From Alphaproteobacteria bacterium (lineage in GTDB: Bacteria > Pseudomonadota > Alphaproteobacteria > CALKHQ01), in assembly GCA_965227515.1 (NCBI GenBank), contig CBDDFZ010000001.1, positions 992,001 to 1,056,000 on the forward strand: 64,000 bases of DNA. Direction: 5' to 3'. Under the pieces are notes generated by a model. The model was not told the origin of the DNA, ran no database searches, and saw only the letters and a list, made by a program, of their open reading frames with translations. Both the position numbers and the translations under genes were made by a program. Of this stretch, positions 60,268-64,000 are shown in pieces; position 1 is the first letter of the stretch; every line of letters starts with the position of its first letter.

Positions 60268-61200
60268 CTAATCCAGGGCGTCGGCCAGTTGAGGCAGAAT
60301 TTCAAACAGGTCGCCGACCAGTCCGTAGTCGGCGATCTGGAAGATCGGCGCGTCCTCGTCCTTGTTGATCGCGACGATGACCTTGCTGTCCTTCATGCCG
60401 GCCAGGTGCTGGATGGCACCGGAGATGCCGACGGCGATGTAGAGTTCGGGCGCCACGACCTTGCCGGTCTGGCCGACCTGGTAGTCGTTGGGCACATAGC
60501 CGGCGTCGACGGCGGCGCGGCTGGCGCCGACCGCGGCGCCCAGCTTGTCGGCCACCGCCTCGATCAGCTTGAAGTTGTCGCCGGACTGCATGCCGCGTCC
60601 GCCGGAGACGACGATGCGCGCTGAGGTCAGCTCCGGGCGCTCCGACGCGCTCAGTTCCTGGCCGACGAAGCTGGACAGGTCGCTGGCATCGGTCGGCGCC
60701 ACATCCTCGATCGCCGCCGATCCGCCGTCCGCCGGCGCCGGATCGAACGCCGTGGTGCGCACGGTGATCACCTTCTTGGCGTCGCTGGAGCGCACGGTGG
60801 CGATGCCGTTGCCGGCGTAGATCGGCCGCTCGAAAGTGTCGGCGTCGACCACGCCCTGGATGTCGGAAATCTGCTGCACGTCCAGCAGGGCCGCCACCCG
60901 CGGCATCAGGTTCTTGCCGGCGGTGGTGGCGGCGGCCAGCACGTGGTCGTAGCCGTCTGCGACCGCAACCACCAGCGGCGTAATGTTCTCGGCCAACAGG
61001 TGCTCGTAGTGCGCGGCCTCCGCCTTGCGGACGGTGCGCACGCCGGCCACCTTGGAAGCGGCCTCGGCGGCCATGCCGCAATCGGCGCCGCACACCAGCA
61101 AGTCGACATCGCCGCCGATCTTCTGTGCCGCGGCCACCGCGCTCAGCGACCCTGGCTTCAGCGCGCCATCCTCGTGCTCGCAAATAACGAGGCTTGCCAT
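60268..61200 (-). CDS. etfA: Electron transfer flavoprotein alpha subunit
   Basis: [15 protein letters not shown] and [24 protein letters not shown] motifs. Confidence 0.97.
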   Translation of the reverse strand: MASLVICEHEDGALKPGSLSAVAAAQKIGGDVDLLVCGADCGMAAEAASKVAGVRTVRKAEAAHYEHLLAENITPLVVAVADGYDHVLAAATTAGKNLMPRVAALLDVQQISDIQGVVDADTFERPIYAGNGIATVRSSDAKKVITVRTTAFDPAPADGGSAAIEDVAPTDASDLSSFVGQELSASERPELTSARIVVSGGRGMQSGDNFKLIEAVADKLGAAVGASRAAVDAGYVPNDYQVGQTGKVVAPELYIAVGISGAIQHLAGMKDSKVIVAINKDEDAPIFQIADYGLVGDLFEILPQLADALD

Positions 61201-61949
61201 CAGATCACCTTCGCTTCGGTCTTCAGCTTGTCGAGCAGGGTCGCCACGTCGGGCACCTTGACGCCCGCCGCGCGGCCTTCCGGTTCCACCACCTGCAGGG
61301 TTTCCAGCCGCGGTGTCGGGTCGACGCCCAGGTCGTCCGGCGACAGGGTCTCGATCTCCTTGCGGCGCGCCTTCATGATGCTGGGCAGAGAGGCATAGCG
61401 CGGCTCGTTCAGCCGCAGGTCGGTGGTAACCACCGCCGGCATCTTGAGCGCCAGCGTCTCCAGCCCGCCGTCGATCTCGCGCGTCACCTGCGCGGTGCCG
61501 CCGTCGATGGCCAGCTTAGAGGCGAAAGTGCCCTGCGGCCAGCCGAGCAGGGCGGCCAGCATCTGGCCGGTCTGGTTGGCGTCGTCGTCGATGGCCTGCT
61601 TGCCCAGGATCACCAGGTCGGGCCCGTCGCGCTCGACCAGGGCCTTCAGCATCTTGGCGACGGCCAGCGGTTGCAGCTCGACGCCGGTCTGGACCAGGAT
61701 GCCGCGGTCGGCGCCCATGGCGAGCGCGGTGCGGATGGTCTCCTGTGACTGGGTCGGGCCCAGGGACACCGCGATGATCTCCTCGACCGTGCCGGCTTCC
61801 TTCAGCCGTACCGCCTCTTCGACGGCGATCTCGTCGAACGGGTTCATCGACATCTTGACGTTGGCGGTCTCGACACCCGTCTTGTCGGCGCGCACCCGCA
61901 CCTTGACGTTGTAGTCGATGACCCTCTTGACGGCGACCAGGACCTTCAT
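61200..61949 (-). CDS. etfB: Electron transfer flavoprotein beta subunit
   Basis: [27 protein letters not shown] and [10 protein letters not shown] motifs. Confidence 0.97.
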   Translation of the reverse strand: MKVLVAVKRVIDYNVKVRVRADKTGVETANVKMSMNPFDEIAVEEAVRLKEAGTVEEIIAVSLGPTQSQETIRTALAMGADRGILVQTGVELQPLAVAKMLKALVERDGPDLVILGKQAIDDDANQTGQMLAALLGWPQGTFASKLAIDGGTAQVTREIDGGLETLALKMPAVVTTDLRLNEPRYASLPSIMKARRKEIETLSPDDLGVDPTPRLETLQVVEPEGRAAGVKVPDVATLLDKLKTEAKVI

Positions 61950-62084
61950 CGGTGGCGCTCAATCCCCCTGTTCTTGCACTGTCCGCCACGGCAGGCGGAA
62001 CCCTGCCGATCAGGCAGGGCGGCGAAGCCTATGTCGCAGTGCAGCATGTGTCAATCGACGGCGCCCCACCAACGGCGCTGGCCG

Positions 62085-62285
62085 TCACGACTTGTCGCCG
62101 GTCAGCATCATCAGCGCCAGCAAGGCTATGGCCACGCCCTGGCAGATGACCCGGGCGCGCATCAGCCGGTTGCCATAGCGCTGGTTGATCTCGCCACCCT
62201 TGTTCATGACGATCACCCCGGCGACCAGCACGCCGACCGTGGCGACCAGGGAGATGATGAAGGCGACGGTGAAGAACGTGTTCAT
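62085..62285 (-). CDS. HIG1-domain twin-TM small protein
   Basis: Two TMs and N.LMRARVICQ; typical position upstream of etfB. Confidence 0.85.
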   Translation of the reverse strand: MNTFFTVAFIISLVATVGVLVAGVIVMNKGGEINQRYGNRLMRARVICQGVAIALLALMMLTGDKS

Positions 62286-62355
62286 GGCGCGGTTTCTACA
62301 GCAAGTGGTTCCGCCCGGCCATGGACGGTGGGTCGCAGGGTTACGAGGACTCTAT

Positions 62356-62474
62356 GGCACCGGCCCTCTCACCCACCCGGCCACCCAGCAGGATACTCTC
62401 CCATTGGAATTTTGGGCGGCGGCCGGGAGGGGGAGAGGGCTGGCGCAGACTCAGCGTAAGCTGATCCCGATCTA
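62356..62474 (+). repeat. Hairpin MITE copy F (CAGGATACT loop, extended)
   Basis: Same arms and tail; the terminal CTA is the stop codon of the aldo/keto reductase. Confidence 0.88.
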
Positions 62475-63305
62475 GTCCAATCCCCAGGTTGGCGACAGGC
62501 CGGCGACCTGGACGATGCGGCGGTTGTTGGCGCGCAGCGCGCCGACGGCGGCCATCTCCTGGTCGCTGAGCGTGAAATCGAAGATGTCGATATTGGCCTT
62601 GATACGCTCCGGCGTGCGGCTCATCGGAATGGTGACAACGCCCTGCTGCACCATCCACCTCAGCGCTACCTGTACCTCGGTCTTGCCATAGCGGGCGCCG
62701 ATGCCGGCCAGCACCTCGTTGCCCACCAGTTCGCCCCGCGCCACCGGGCAATAGGCGGTGATGACCACGCCATGGCCGGCCGCGGCCTCCTGCAATGCCG
62801 ATTGGTCGAGCAACGGGTGGAACTCGACCTGGTCGTTGGTCACCCGGCCGTTGGTCATCTTCATCGCGCGCGCCAGGTCCGGCGGCTCGAAGTTGGAGAC
62901 GCCGATATGGCGCGCCTGCCCCGCATCCTGCGCCGCCATCAGCATCTCCAGCGTGCGCTGCATGTCGAACTGCGGGTTCGGCCAGTGCAGCAGCAGCATG
63001 TCGACATAGTCGAGCTTCAGGTCGGCCAGGCTACCGGCGACGGTGTCGGCGAACTTGCCCGGCGCATAGTTGTCCGGGTGCACCTTGGTGGTGACGAACA
63101 GCTCGTCGCGGGCCAGCCCGGACTCGCCGAGCATGCGCCCGACATCGCGCTCGTTGCCGTACATCTGGGCGGTGTCGAAGTGGCGGTAGCCCGCCTCCAG
63201 CGCCGCGTCCATGGCGCGCGCCGCCTCCGGCCCGGTCAGCGGATAGGTGCCGTAGCCGACCAGCGGGATCGTGCCGCCGTCGTTGAGCTTTGCTGATTCG
63301 ATCAT
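62472..63305 (-). CDS. Aldo/keto reductase (DkgA/B-like)
   Basis: GYRHFDTAQMYGNE, TTKV, DMLLLHWP, IGVSNF and QVALRW motifs. Confidence 0.93.
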   Translation of the reverse strand: MIESAKLNDGGTIPLVGYGTYPLTGPEAARAMDAALEAGYRHFDTAQMYGNERDVGRMLGESGLARDELFVTTKVHPDNYAPGKFADTVAGSLADLKLDYVDMLLLHWPNPQFDMQRTLEMLMAAQDAGQARHIGVSNFEPPDLARAMKMTNGRVTNDQVEFHPLLDQSALQEAAAGHGVVITAYCPVARGELVGNEVLAGIGARYGKTEVQVALRWMVQQGVVTIPMSRTPERIKANIDIFDFTLSDQEMAAVGALRANNRRIVQVAGLSPTWGLD

Positions 63306-63351
63306 AATCTAGCCTTTGCGTCCTTCGACCAATTGCCAATCATTCAATAGT

Positions 63352-63476
63352 CGTCATTGCGAGCCGGCTCCAGCCGGCGTGGCAATCCAGGCGATTGCTG
63401 CGATCTCACGACTGGAATCCCTGGATTGCCGCGTTGCGCCCACTGTCTTTGGACAGTCGGCGCCCTCGCAATGACG
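63352..63476. repeat. CGTC-type palindromic repeat (CGTCATTGCGAG...CTCGCAATGACG)
   Basis: Perfect 12-bp terminal inverted repeat with inner GGCAATCCAG/CTGGATTGCC. Confidence 0.8.
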
Positions 63477-63482
63477 CTGGCG

Positions 63483-64000
63483 TCAAATATCCGCGTAGAC
63501 GTGGGTCTCGGCCTTGCCGCCGGGGTGGGTGACCGCGCCGGCATGGGCGGGGCCGACGGTGGCGGCATACTTCCACAGCGTGCCGGCCTGATAGTCGGTC
63601 TCGCGCGGCTTCCATTTCTTGCGGCGTTCTTCCAGCGTCGCCTCGTCCAGGTCGACGTTCAGGGTGCCGGCGGCGGCGTCGATCTCGATGATGTCGCCGT
63701 CTTCCAGCAGGCCGATGGGGCCGCCCACCGCCGCTTCCGGGCCGACATGGCCGATGCAGAAGCCGCGGGTACCGCCGGAGAACCGGCCGTCGGTGATCAG
63801 CGCCACCTTCTCGCCATTGCCCTGGCCATAGATCGCGCTGGTGGTGGACAGCATCTCGCGCATGCCAGGCCCGCCCTTCGGCCCCTCATAGCGGATGACC
63901 AGCACCTCGCCTTCCTGGTAGCGGCGCTCCAGTGCCGCCGCCAGCGCGTCCTCCTCGCGGTCGAAACACCGGGCCGGGCCCTTGAACTGCAGGGTCTTCA
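63483..64000 (-). CDS. ilvD: Dihydroxy-acid dehydratase, C-terminal part (runs off the window end)
   Basis: [28 protein letters not shown] and [12 protein letters not shown] motifs. Confidence 0.95.
   Translation of the reverse strand, partial: KTLQFKGPARCFDREEDALAAALERRYQEGEVLVIRYEGPKGGPGMREMLSTTSAIYGQGNGEKVALITDGRFSGGTRGFCIGHVGPEAAVGGPIGLLEDGDIIEIDAAAGTLNVDLDEATLEERRKKWKPRETDYQAGTLWKYAATVGPAHAGAVTHPGGKAETHVYADI

Overview
High-GC alphaproteobacterial (Rhodospirillales-like) chromosomal window. It is mostly housekeeping: glyS (partial), folP, argG, rlmN, cytochrome c'/diheme cytochrome c, folK, typA, phnCDE/phnM, modABC, aapJQMP, zapA-6S RNA-fau-ymdB, tkt-gap, etfBA-hbd and ilvD (partial). 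Accessory modules are a sulfotransferase-NeuB pair, three Flp pilin genes (one frameshifted) with CtrA boxes, a complete cpATP-grasp/Alpha-E/transglutaminase/Anbu operon, a Tat-lipoprotein carrying phage tailspike-like domains, a CheY plus hybrid kinase pair, a DUF427-adenylate cyclase fusion, a stand-alone Ada Zn domain, two paralogous Cys-rich lipoproteins and a MNT-HEPN module. Mobile DNA comprises an intact IS630 element, a truncated IS110-family transposase with a structured leader, and at least four families of small palindromic repeats. The most striking observation is a six-copy ~100-145 bp hairpin element. Its asymmetric flanks all face the same way, but its central loop occurs in two opposite ('flip/flop') orientations, and its right end resembles the terminal IR of the resident IS630. 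All calls are from motif recognition by eye; no database search was run, and start codons are best estimates.
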